From Opitutales bacterium (GTDB taxonomy: Bacteria; Verrucomicrobiota; Verrucomicrobiia; Opitutales; JAVBMG01): DNA of 64,000 bases. The first letter of the stretch is position 1. Each line of letters opens with the position of its first letter. The translations under genes were made by a program, and so were the position numbers. Location: assembly GCA_031552815.1 (NCBI GenBank), contig JAVBMG010000005.1, positions 42,406-106,405 on the forward strand, read 5' to 3'. Below the pieces are notes generated by a model. The model saw only the letters and a program-made list of their open reading frames with translations. It ran no database searches and had not been told where the DNA came from. Shown here one piece after another: positions 9,334 to 18,091 of this stretch.

Positions 9334-11253
9334 ATGGTCTTACTTATCAATAGTTTAGGCTGGTTTGTCCATTTGTTGCCCGACTGCATCATTAAGGCGA
9401 TAGTGTTTTGTATCGGCCGGTGTATATACTATGGTTTTCCCCGCTTCAGGCATACGCTCCTGTCAAACTTGAACCATGCGTTTCCCGAAAGACCCATGTC
9501 ATGGATAAAGGCAACGGCAAAGGCAAGCGCATGCGGTACCGTGGAGATGGGCATGCTGGGGCTGATCGGTTCGCATTACTCTGTAAAAACACTCCGTCGG
9601 CGTTTTACGATTTCTCCCGAACTGGTCAGGATAGCGCATGAGTTTAATACCACCCCACCGGAGGAGCGAATACCGATTTTCGGGTTGGTTCCCCATTTTT
9701 CCCTAATGGAATGTCTTACCATGATACCGTTGCTTGCGGACGAGAAATATAATTTCACGATAGCAACGATGTTTCGTCCCCTGGACAATTCCAAGCTGGA
9801 TGAATATATAAAAAACAGCAGGGAGACATGGGGCGTTGGTTTGCTTTCACGCAGGGAAGGGTTGAACAGGGCCATGGAGCTTCTGAGGACAAAAAATGTC
9901 CTGGTTCTCCTGTTTGACCAGAATGCCGGACGCCGTGGTTCAAGGACATTGTTTTTCGATCAGGTTTGCCCTACCAGCGAACTACCCGGCATGCTGGCAC
10001 AAAAGTTTAAGCCGAGAATACTTTACTTATATGCCAGACGAACAGGGTTTATGCGTGGGGAAGTATGCATGGATTACTACGAGGGCGAAATTTCGCAGAC
10101 TGCGGTGACGATAAACATGAATCGCTGGCTGGAAAATAAGCTACGCAATGACGACTCGTATTGCCGTGACTGGCTTTGGTTGCACCGCCGATGGAAATCG
10201 TACAGGCATACGAAACATATTTTCATGGTCAAGAATGACCGTGACCTGCTTAAGGAATCCTGTGAGGCGTACGGATATGACACCTTGCCAAAGCGTTTCC
10301 GTGTATGGATAAGGATGCCGAATTGGCTGGGCGATGTGATCATGGCATTGCCGCTTATTCAGACATTGCAGAAAATGCGTCCGGACATAGAAATCACACT
10401 GATTGCGCAACCCGGATTCCGTCCGTTTCTGGAACGTGTCGGTATCGCGGACAATATTATTGATTTGCCCAAAAAAGGATGGGGCTATTATCCGTATTTT
10501 TATCGCTTAAGGTATCGTTTTCCCGATATACAGGTAAATTTCACTAATTCGCTTCGCGGTGATTTGGAGGCATGGTTGATCGGTGCCCCATATCGTTTGG
10601 GCATGGTTCGCAAGGGACATCCGCGTCCGCTTTTGCATACGGGTTGGAAAATACCTGATGATCTTGATCTTACAAAGATCCATCAGACATACGTATGGCA
10701 ACAATTCATGGACTTTCATGGAGTGCTCATTCCCTTGGATCTTAAACCGTTGTCATGGGCATCGGGCGATAGCATGGTCGCGGATCGAAAGCATTTTATT
10801 GTAGGGATGATTTGCGGAACGGAGAATATGCCCGAAAAACGTTGGCCGGTGAAACACTGGCGTACGTTGATTGAACAGATTATGGAAGAAAGGCCGGACT
10901 GTGAAATCCATCTGTTTGGGACAAAACGTGACAGGATTATTACGGATGAGGTTGCTGATAATCTCGGTGGTAACATCAAAAACCGTGCGGGCGAAACAAA
11001 CCTTGTAGAGTATTGTGATGCATTGAGGAATTGCACGGTTGTCGTGTGTAATGATACAGGCGGCATGCATCTGGCAAATGCTTTGGGTATTCCGATTGTT
11101 GCCATATTCGGTCCGACAAATCCTGTCCGCACAGGGCCGGTTTTTGATGCGCCGAAGTACATTCTCCAACCTGAAGGCGCCCCGGCGACAGGAGCTGTCC
11201 CAATAGACGGGGTTTCGCCAGAACAGGTTTTATCTGTCTTAAAAACTTTTTAA
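9334..11253 (+). CDS. Fusion of an LpxL/HtrB-type lipid A acyltransferase and a GT9 heptosyltransferase (WaaF-like)
   Basis: N-half: PHFSLME (HxxxxE), FRPLDN, LFDQNAG, WLWLHRRWK. C-half: IRMPNWLGDVIM, KRWP, CNDTGGMHLA, AIFGPT. Confidence 0.85.
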   Translation: MVLLINSLGWFVHLLPDCIIKAIVFCIGRCIYYGFPRFRHTLLSNLNHAFPERPMSWIKATAKASACGTVEMGMLGLIGSHYSVKTLRRRFTISPELVRIAHEFNTTPPEERIPIFGLVPHFSLMECLTMIPLLADEKYNFTIATMFRPLDNSKLDEYIKNSRETWGVGLLSRREGLNRAMELLRTKNVLVLLFDQNAGRRGSRTLFFDQVCPTSELPGMLAQKFKPRILYLYARRTGFMRGEVCMDYYEGEISQTAVTINMNRWLENKLRNDDSYCRDWLWLHRRWKSYRHTKHIFMVKNDRDLLKESCEAYGYDTLPKRFRVWIRMPNWLGDVIMALPLIQTLQKMRPDIEITLIAQPGFRPFLERVGIADNIIDLPKKGWGYYPYFYRLRYRFPDIQVNFTNSLRGDLEAWLIGAPYRLGMVRKGHPRPLLHTGWKIPDDLDLTKIHQTYVWQQFMDFHGVLIPLDLKPLSWASGDSMVADRKHFIVGMICGTENMPEKRWPVKHWRTLIEQIMEERPDCEIHLFGTKRDRIITDEVADNLGGNIKNRAGETNLVEYCDALRNCTVVVCNDTGGMHLANALGIPIVAIFGPTNPVRTGPVFDAPKYILQPEGAPATGAVPIDGVSPEQVLSVLKTF

Positions 11254-11271
11254 CCTGATGAATAAGCATCT

Positions 11272-12849
11272 ATGAACTATCTTCCCATTTACGACAATCA
11301 GCAAACCCTGGCATTTGAAAGCGAATGGATGCAGAAACATCATGTTGATTCGCAGACGCTCGTCGAACAGGCAGGAGAGGGAATCGGGCAAGCCATATTA
11401 AGGGATCTCAGCCAGGTGGCGCTGTCTCCGGACCCGCTTCGTCTCCTATTACTTGTCGGAAACGGTAATAACGGTGCGGATGCGCTTGTGGCGGCGGATA
11501 CGATGGTAAAGGCACTTGGCGGGCGCATGAACATTACGATCATTGCGCCGAAATATAAGAATTTCTCTACGCTGACGAACCTGCTTTACAAAAAACTTAC
11601 GATCCGGTGTTCCGAGTTTCCGTCCCTGAAAATACGTACAATAAACGGAGGCGATTTTTACTCGGAACCGTGGTTTCAACGTTTGTGGACGGTGTGCCTT
11701 GATGGATTGTACGGATTGCGGAGTCCAAAGGACTTGGATCACGAGCACAGTGAGTTGTTGCGTGCTGTGAATGCGCATCCGCGTATCCAGTTTCGTGCTG
11801 CGGTCGACATCCCTTCGGGAGTAAGTGACGAATGCGTGTGTGAAGATGCATTCCGGGCTGATGTTACTTATGTTACCGGCGTGATGAAACGTTGTTTGCT
11901 CGAACCGGGTGTTTCGGAAAAGGTGGGGCGCCTGCAGTTTGTTGATATTCAATTTTTCCTCGGGTTGGATGAAAACAGTTTCGGAAAAACCTGTGTCGTC
12001 GGTGAAGGTATCCTTGGCCCGTTACGCCATTTTCGCCCTGTATTTTCGGATAAGCGTGATTATGGACACGTCCTTTTTGTCGGCGGTTCGCGTGCCATGC
12101 CTGGTGCTGCATTGATGGCTTTGCACGGCGTTCTGCGATCAGGGACCGGTTTGCTTACAGCCTGTGTTCCTGAGACAGTAGCCGGGCATTTGTGCGCGCA
12201 GGTTCCAGAAGCCATGTGGCGGTTTTGGCCGGAAACAGAGGTGGGACAGCTTGCTCTGGAAGGGGTGAATGAACTGGTTCCTTCCTTGTCCGATTATTCC
12301 TCTATCGTGATGGGACCTGGTGCAGGGCGCTCAAAAGAAACGCAGGTATTGTTCGGGGAAATACTTAAACATGCCGGTTGTCCGGTGGTTTGCGATGCGG
12401 ACGCCTTACAACCTTCATTGCTGCCTTTGCTGGCAGAACGTGGGAAGGCCGGATTAGTCACCGTATTGACTCCTCATCATGGCGAATGTAAACGCGTATT
12501 CGGTGATGATTTGTCTCCGGAGGGTATGGCGGAAAAAGCGGTAGCATCAGGATGCTATATTGTCCTGAAGGGACCGCATACGCGTGTTTATAATGCAAAG
12601 GAAGCGGCAATTCGCGAAGTCATTTCTCCTTGGGCTTCACCGGTATTGGCTAGAGGTGGAAGCGGTGATGTCTTTGCAGGATTATTGGGCGGGCTGCTCG
12701 CTCAAAAGCATGAGGATATATTTCATCGGATTTGTCAGGCTGTCTGCTGGCAGGCGGTAGCATCACGGGAACTTGCGTGCTTTCGTGGGGAGCGTGCTGT
12801 ACGCACGACTGATATCCTTGATTGTTTCAGTACGGCTATCCGGAGATAA
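11272..12849 (+). CDS. nnr: Bifunctional NAD(P)H-hydrate epimerase/dehydratase
   Basis: YjeF-N GNGNNGADAL and AVDIPSG; YjeF-C KRDYGHV, VCDADAL, TPHHGE, ARGGSGDV. Confidence 0.9.
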   Translation: MNYLPIYDNQQTLAFESEWMQKHHVDSQTLVEQAGEGIGQAILRDLSQVALSPDPLRLLLLVGNGNNGADALVAADTMVKALGGRMNITIIAPKYKNFSTLTNLLYKKLTIRCSEFPSLKIRTINGGDFYSEPWFQRLWTVCLDGLYGLRSPKDLDHEHSELLRAVNAHPRIQFRAAVDIPSGVSDECVCEDAFRADVTYVTGVMKRCLLEPGVSEKVGRLQFVDIQFFLGLDENSFGKTCVVGEGILGPLRHFRPVFSDKRDYGHVLFVGGSRAMPGAALMALHGVLRSGTGLLTACVPETVAGHLCAQVPEAMWRFWPETEVGQLALEGVNELVPSLSDYSSIVMGPGAGRSKETQVLFGEILKHAGCPVVCDADALQPSLLPLLAERGKAGLVTVLTPHHGECKRVFGDDLSPEGMAEKAVASGCYIVLKGPHTRVYNAKEAAIREVISPWASPVLARGGSGDVFAGLLGGLLAQKHEDIFHRICQAVCWQAVASRELACFRGERAVRTTDILDCFSTAIRR

Positions 12850-13001
12850 CTATGTTGGTTTGAGATAATGAAAATCATCATTTTCAGTAATCATAGAGTA
12901 ATATAGCTGTATCTATATTTGTTTTTTTATGATATTTTAATATGATGATTTGTATTGCAGAAATGGAGCTGGTTAGTAATTTGGTGCGGATCATTTTATT
13001 T

Positions 13002-13775
13002 ATGAAAACTAAGCTAGTGAAGAATTACGCATCAAAAATATTTCTGCTATCGGGGGTTATTAGCCTTTCATCCTCATATCTCAATGCATGGACGGTAAGT
13101 GTCCTTGTTCCTAACACGACGCTTCCGAATTACAGTGCTTACGATGGATCTGGCTATAGTCAGTTCAGAGGGCTTTTGACTGGAGCCGGTTCAACCTTAA
13201 CATCAGGAACTTTGGGGAGTTACATTGCCGATAGCTCAGATGCGGTTATTGTAAACGTTATTGAGAGCGCGCATGAGTATACATCAGCAGAACTTTCTGT
13301 GTTAACTGATCTTTTGAATAGCAATACCCGCATACTTTTATTCGGTGAAAACAGCGGATGGAATAAAAGTAATAGCCAACTGGCAAGCTTGCTTGGCGGG
13401 ATCAGTTCCGATAGTGACGGTTCATTTGTACAGACGGTTTCGAATATCTATCCGTTGATAACGGAAGGGGTTTCCCAAATTGAGATTCCTTATCCGGGTA
13501 AAATTTCACCGAGCGGGTCAAACGGTCTTTCTTTGAGCAGTGATGCGGGAGTTTCATTATGGGGAAATAATAATCATTTCCTTTTGATGATGGATATAAA
13601 CGGATTCCAGGATAGCTACATTCATTCGAGAGATAATTACCAATTAGCCGGTAACATAGCAAATTGGATAAGTGGTGTTGATATTACACCTACGCCTGAA
13701 CCGTCAGCATACGCGATAACGTTTGGTTTGTCCGCACTTGGTATCATTTCTTTGCGCAGACAAAGAAAACGGTAA
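13002..13775 (+). CDS. PEP-CTERM sorting-domain surface protein (start moved to MKTKLVK; upstream ATG at 12942 is possible)
   Basis: Signal peptide; C-terminal TPEPSAYAITFGLSALGIISLRRQRKR (PEP, TM helix, basic tail). Confidence 0.85.
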   Translation: MKTKLVKNYASKIFLLSGVISLSSSYLNAWTVSVLVPNTTLPNYSAYDGSGYSQFRGLLTGAGSTLTSGTLGSYIADSSDAVIVNVIESAHEYTSAELSVLTDLLNSNTRILLFGENSGWNKSNSQLASLLGGISSDSDGSFVQTVSNIYPLITEGVSQIEIPYPGKISPSGSNGLSLSSDAGVSLWGNNNHFLLMMDINGFQDSYIHSRDNYQLAGNIANWISGVDITPTPEPSAYAITFGLSALGIISLRRQRKR

Positions 13776-13792
13776 TCTGCCAGTCTGACATA

Positions 13793-13830
13793 AACAATAA
13801 AGCCCATCGTAGCTGATGGGCTTTATTGTT
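13793..13830. terminator. Bidirectional intrinsic terminator between the convergent PEP-CTERM gene and sufD
   Basis: AACAATAAAGCCCATC-GTAGCT-GATGGGCTTTATTGTT, 16-bp perfect arms. Confidence 0.75.
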
Positions 13831-13951
13831 GTCTGTTATGATATGTAGTTATACATGGAGTAATGGAAGCATGATATACGGCAGTCGTATTATACAGAGA
13901 TCCGGGTCAGTACCGCGAATGAGCGATGGGATAGGCGTATGATGAGTGGCC

Positions 13952-15256
13952 CTATTCTGTTCGCGAATGGAATTTTTCCTGAAGGATATGACGCAACTTT
14001 TCGATCAATGCTTCGTTGTCGAGTTTTTCGATGATTTCCTCAAAGAATCCCATGACTAGCAGTTCATAAGCGCTTTTACGCGGAATGCCGCGTGCGAGCA
14101 GGTAAAACAATTCCTCTGGTTCAAGACTTGCGGATGTGGCTCCGTGCGAACACTTTACATCGTTGGCCTCAATTTCCAGTCCGGGCAGTGAATGTGCCTG
14201 AGCGCCTGGGGACAGAATCAGATTTCTGTTTTTCTGATAGGCATCTGTTTGTTGGGCTCCGACATCGACACGGATTAATCCGGAGAAAATAGTGGTTGCA
14301 TCGTCCATCAGCGCATTCTTGTAAAGCAAGTCGGAGTTTGCGTGCGGAGCGGAATGGATCTGCAGGGTTCTCTGGTCAAATTCCTGTTTTTCGTCAGCGA
14401 CGGTCAGCGCATACATTTTTACGTTGGCTTCCGAACCCTTTATATGAACAAGCTGTTCGGAGCGGGCACGGTAACATCCGAGATGGACACTGAGTGTTTT
14501 TATGTCGGCTGCTTCCTGGGCAATACTTGCATCGATAATAAATGAGAGGCTTTTATCGTTCAGATTCTGAACATTCTTGCGGAAAACTTTGGCTCCCTGA
14601 CAGGCGTGAATGTCACCGACCGCACAAACAAGTGCCGGAGCGGTAGCATCAAGCGACTGATAGAAATCAAGAACGCTTGCGGAACTGTTTTTCTCCGCGA
14701 CAACGAGGGTGTGCGGAAAACTGGCGCTGTTTTTTGCGGCGCTCCAGTGATAGGTGACAAAGGGTTTATCTATGGCAATATTCTCCGGCACACGCAACAG
14801 GCAACCGGAACTGGTGAGTGCACCGTTCAATGCGACAAATTTCTCTGAACCGAGCTTTGCCTTTTCCTGTAAAAAATACTCGGCAATGAGATCGGGATAT
14901 TTGATGAAAGCAGAGCTTATCGGTTCCCATACAACACCTTTTCCCGCCAGTTTAGGGTCCAGATAACTATGCACGAGATAGCCGTCCACAAAAACCAGGC
15001 AACCGGCTGAGTCCTTTGTGAGGTCAGAAGCGGCGATAGCTTTTTCCGCGGTGGCAGGGCTTGGCTTTTCGGCAAGCGCATACTGTGCCAGATCAAAATT
15101 CCTGTGGCTTGAAAATCTCCAGAATTCATCCTTTCTGCCAGGCATGGGCAACTCGAGGAACTTTTCCCATTCATTTTTCTTACGGGCAATGATGTAATCG
15201 TTATCGCCTTGAAGTGTCGCTAGGTGAGACTGAAAAGTACTTTGGTTGGCTAACAT
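13952..15256 (-). CDS. sufD: Fe-S cluster assembly protein SufD
   Basis: DEFWRFS, FDQRTLQIH, TDAYQKNRNLILS, LEIEANDVKCSHGAT. Confidence 0.9.
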   Translation of the reverse strand: MLANQSTFQSHLATLQGDNDYIIARKKNEWEKFLELPMPGRKDEFWRFSSHRNFDLAQYALAEKPSPATAEKAIAASDLTKDSAGCLVFVDGYLVHSYLDPKLAGKGVVWEPISSAFIKYPDLIAEYFLQEKAKLGSEKFVALNGALTSSGCLLRVPENIAIDKPFVTYHWSAAKNSASFPHTLVVAEKNSSASVLDFYQSLDATAPALVCAVGDIHACQGAKVFRKNVQNLNDKSLSFIIDASIAQEAADIKTLSVHLGCYRARSEQLVHIKGSEANVKMYALTVADEKQEFDQRTLQIHSAPHANSDLLYKNALMDDATTIFSGLIRVDVGAQQTDAYQKNRNLILSPGAQAHSLPGLEIEANDVKCSHGATSASLEPEELFYLLARGIPRKSAYELLVMGFFEEIIEKLDNEALIEKLRHILQEKFHSRTE

Positions 15257-15345
15257 GTTTGATCTGTGTATTGAATGAAAATAGGTCGCAATAAGTACCT
15301 AATAAGAAGGCTTTTCTTGCAGGAGCAACTCTTTTTACGGTTTTA

Positions 15346-16254
15346 TTAAACCAGAAGCTGCGGTCTTTCCGCTACATAGTTTCTGATGTATTCCGCAAAG
15401 GCAGTCTTAAGTTTGCGGGTTATCGTATGGGGTCCCAGGGCAAACTGCTTATTGTCAATGGATGCTACCGGCTGGATATCTTGGGTGGTGGAGAGCAAGA
15501 AACATTCGTCGGCCAGCGTTATGTCAGACGGGAGCAGAGTCTTTTCCGTGACTTTGAACGGTAACTTGGGCGCAATATCGCGAAGGAAAATAAGACGTGT
15601 TATACCGGAAAGGATGCCTGCGCTGAGTGGGGGCGTAACGATTTCTTCGTTGATGACGAAGGCAATATTTCTCACGGATGTTTCTGTGATTTCTCCTTTC
15701 AAATTGAGAAAAAGTGCCTCGGTTGTTCCGCGTGCCTCTGCCTGACGGATTCCGAGAATATTGTTCAGATAGTTTCCCGTTTTGAGTGCGGGATTGAGGC
15801 TTTCTATGGGATTCCGTCGCGGATAATCGACGAGCGTTATTGTCATGCCCGCATTCAGTTCTTTTTCGGTGAAATCGTGCACGGGTTTTACCAGAATAAC
15901 CCAGTTTGCGGTGTCGGCGAACTTTGGGAAAAGGCCGATCGTACCGCCGCCGCGCGTGATCTGCAGGCGAATGTACAAATCCCCGTCATACTCCATTTTT
16001 TGACGGTAGCATGATGTGGTTTTCCGTACTTCGGAAAGGGCTGTTTGTTTGTCAAACGGTAGCTTGAACCCGATACCTTGAGCGGTGTTTTCAAGTCTTG
16101 CCCAGTGGTCTTCAAATCCGAAGATGCAATGATCGCAGGTGCGCCAGACTTCATAAATGGCGTCTCCGTAGAGAAATCCGCGATCCAAAGGTGAAATGGA
16201 CGCTTCCCTTGCATCGTGTAAGCGCCCGCAGGTATTTGCCTGAATATAGTCCAT
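15346..16254 (-). CDS. Class IV PLP aminotransferase (D-amino-acid / branched-chain / ADC-lyase family)
   Basis: DRGFLYGDAIYE, HWARL, LKTGNYLNN (PLP Lys), ILSGITR. Confidence 0.88.
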   Translation of the reverse strand: MDYIQANTCGRLHDAREASISPLDRGFLYGDAIYEVWRTCDHCIFGFEDHWARLENTAQGIGFKLPFDKQTALSEVRKTTSCYRQKMEYDGDLYIRLQITRGGGTIGLFPKFADTANWVILVKPVHDFTEKELNAGMTITLVDYPRRNPIESLNPALKTGNYLNNILGIRQAEARGTTEALFLNLKGEITETSVRNIAFVINEEIVTPPLSAGILSGITRLIFLRDIAPKLPFKVTEKTLLPSDITLADECFLLSTTQDIQPVASIDNKQFALGPHTITRKLKTAFAEYIRNYVAERPQLLV

Positions 16255-16486
16255 AGTGAAATCATGATAAGTAATGGTTTGGAGCGGGCAATCTGTTTTT
16301 ATCCGTGCGTATTCACTTCAGGGAATTTTGTTCGTTCTGTCCAAGGTCGCTTTCTTTGTAGGTTAGAATAAATAATACGAGGATTTCGTATCTGACCGGA
16401 ATTCGGCAAAACGTATGGATCTGTGGCTTGGAACGAAATGAAAGGCTTGTGTTTGCAATCAGATAAAGATCGCCATAGTCAGTCCT

Positions 16487-16975
16487 GTGCTTAACGATGT
16501 CAGGCTTATGTGGTATCAGGTAAGCGATTCAGCAATTCACGGAAAAGGGTTATTCGCTGCAAGGCGGATTCCCGAAGGTACGCAAATCGTGCGCTATCGT
16601 GGAGTTCCGATGTCCATGAGGGATTTGGAGGAGAAGCGAATGTGTCCTGACGAAAAAGCGAAGTACGGAGACGGAACGGTTTACCTTTTCATGTTGGACG
16701 ATGCTACCGTGATTGACGGGGATGTTCCCGAAAACGACGCGCGATTCATGAACCATTCATGCGATGAGAATTGCGAGGCTGTTGCGTATGGAGAAGAAAT
16801 CTGGCTGGTTGCCTTGCGTCCGATTGAAGAGGGTGAAGAGTTGACTTTTGATTACGGCTTTTCGCTTGGCGAAGGGTTGGATCACCCTTGCTGTTGCGGA
16901 AAAGACGGGTGTGCCGGTTTTATGGTGCGAAAGGATCTGCGCTGGAAATTCAGACGCATGGTAAGGAAACGGTAA
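16487..16975 (+). CDS. SET-domain protein-lysine methyltransferase with post-SET Cys cluster (GTG start)
   Basis: SAIHGKGLFA, RFMNHSCDEN, ELTFDY, CCCGKDGCAG. Confidence 0.9.
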   Translation: MLNDVRLMWYQVSDSAIHGKGLFAARRIPEGTQIVRYRGVPMSMRDLEEKRMCPDEKAKYGDGTVYLFMLDDATVIDGDVPENDARFMNHSCDENCEAVAYGEEIWLVALRPIEEGEELTFDYGFSLGEGLDHPCCCGKDGCAGFMVRKDLRWKFRRMVRKR

Positions 16976-17004
16976 TGTCGGGTTAGGGCGGTGAAAATAA
17001 AAAA

Positions 17005-17031
17005 GCCGGTAACATTACTGGTGTTACCGGC
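17005..17031. terminator. Hairpin between convergent genes, built from the A-variant of the motif
   Basis: GCCGGTAACA-TTACTGG-TGTTACCGGC, preceded by an A-run that gives a U-tract on the minus strand. Confidence 0.65.
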
Positions 17032-17060
17032 CGGATAATTATGAATGGTGAAGGATACGA

Positions 17061-17786
17061 TTATTGCTGCTGAGGAGTAGGATTATTGCGTTCTCCTCTC
17101 TCTTGTCGGTCACCGCGTTCTCTCCGCCCGCCTTCGCGTCCGCCAAACCCTTCTTTTTCCATGGCTTCACGACGCTCTTCCCGAGATAGTTTTCCGTCGC
17201 CGTCCTTGTCATATTTCTTGACCATTTCGGCTTCGAATTCTGTTCGCTTTTGCTCTCCGTATTCCCGGAAAGCCTGGCGTTCCTCTTCACTGACGACACC
17301 GTCACCGTTAAGATCCATCATCTTTTCAAAACCTTCTCGTCCGCCTTCGCGCATTTTGTCAAACATTGCCCTGCGCTCTTCCGCGTCAATGACACCGTCC
17401 TTATTGGTGTCGTAGAGATCAAGCACGCGTTTATCCACGACCGCAAGGCGTTCTTTCTTGAAATCAACGACAGAGACTTCGCTTTGGCTTTGTTTGAGTC
17501 TGTATTCTTTCCCGTCAATTTCTACGATGGCTTCCTTTGTCTTGGAATCGTAGGCTTTCAGGGTGCAGTCTCCTTTCTTTTGTCCTGGCTTCATCCAGCC
17601 AAGAAGTTGTCCTGAATAGTAGATGGATACTTGCGGTTGATCACCGATTTCCATGATCCCGCGTACTTCGTATTTTTTTATTTCAGCGTCCACCGAAGCA
17701 GGTGGGGTCGGATTTGTCTGCGACCATAAATTCGCTGTGGTTATTGCCAGAGAGGCAATGATTATGGGTAGGATTTTTGATTTCAT
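17061..17786 (-). CDS. Secreted EF-hand calcium-binding protein (start moved to MKSKILP)
   Basis: Signal peptide; three EF-hand loops DTNKDGVIDAEE, DLNGDGVVSEEE, DKDGDGKLSREE; charged Gly/Arg/Glu tail. Confidence 0.8.
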   Translation of the reverse strand: MKSKILPIIIASLAITTANLWSQTNPTPPASVDAEIKKYEVRGIMEIGDQPQVSIYYSGQLLGWMKPGQKKGDCTLKAYDSKTKEAIVEIDGKEYRLKQSQSEVSVVDFKKERLAVVDKRVLDLYDTNKDGVIDAEERRAMFDKMREGGREGFEKMMDLNGDGVVSEEERQAFREYGEQKRTEFEAEMVKKYDKDGDGKLSREERREAMEKEGFGGREGGRRERGDRQERGERNNPTPQQQ

Positions 17787-17845
17787 GGCTAAAAATATTA
17801 ACACCGAGTAACAGATGAAGTTTACAGTGTGACGCAAAAAGTTGC

Positions 17846-17873
17846 TTGACAGCAAGCTTTAAAAACCTAGTTT
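17846..17873 (+). promoter_or_regulatory. Sigma70-type promoter of tRNA-Gln
   Basis: TTGACA (17846-51), 16-bp spacer, TAGTTT (17868-73), 13 nt upstream of the tRNA. Confidence 0.6.
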
Positions 17874-17886
17874 TTAGCCCTTTCAT

Positions 17887-17960
17887 TCCCCGATGGTGTA
17901 ACGGCAGCACAAGTGGTTTTGGTCCATTTAGTCGAGGTTCAAATCCTTGTCGGGGAACCA
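17887..17960 (+). tRNA. trnQ: tRNA-Gln(TTG)
   Basis: Acceptor stem TCCCCGA/TCGGGGA plus ACCA, D-arm TGGTGTAACGGCAGCA, anticodon loop TT-TTG-GT, T-loop GGTTCAAATCC; 74 nt. Confidence 0.96.
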
Positions 17961-17966
17961 TTTCGG

Positions 17967-18000
17967 AACCTTCGGTTAAAAAACCGGGGGTTTTATTTTT
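17967..18000 (+). terminator. Intrinsic terminator of tRNA-Gln
   Basis: AACCTTCGGTT-AAAA-AACCGGGGGTT followed by TTATTTTT. Confidence 0.7.
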
Positions 18001-18091
18001 AATAACGGTAGCATCAAGAAACACCGTTTTTCTTTGTAAAAGTTCCGGGGTGAGGATTTACTCCCAAATAAAATAAAAACCGCGCGGTTAT

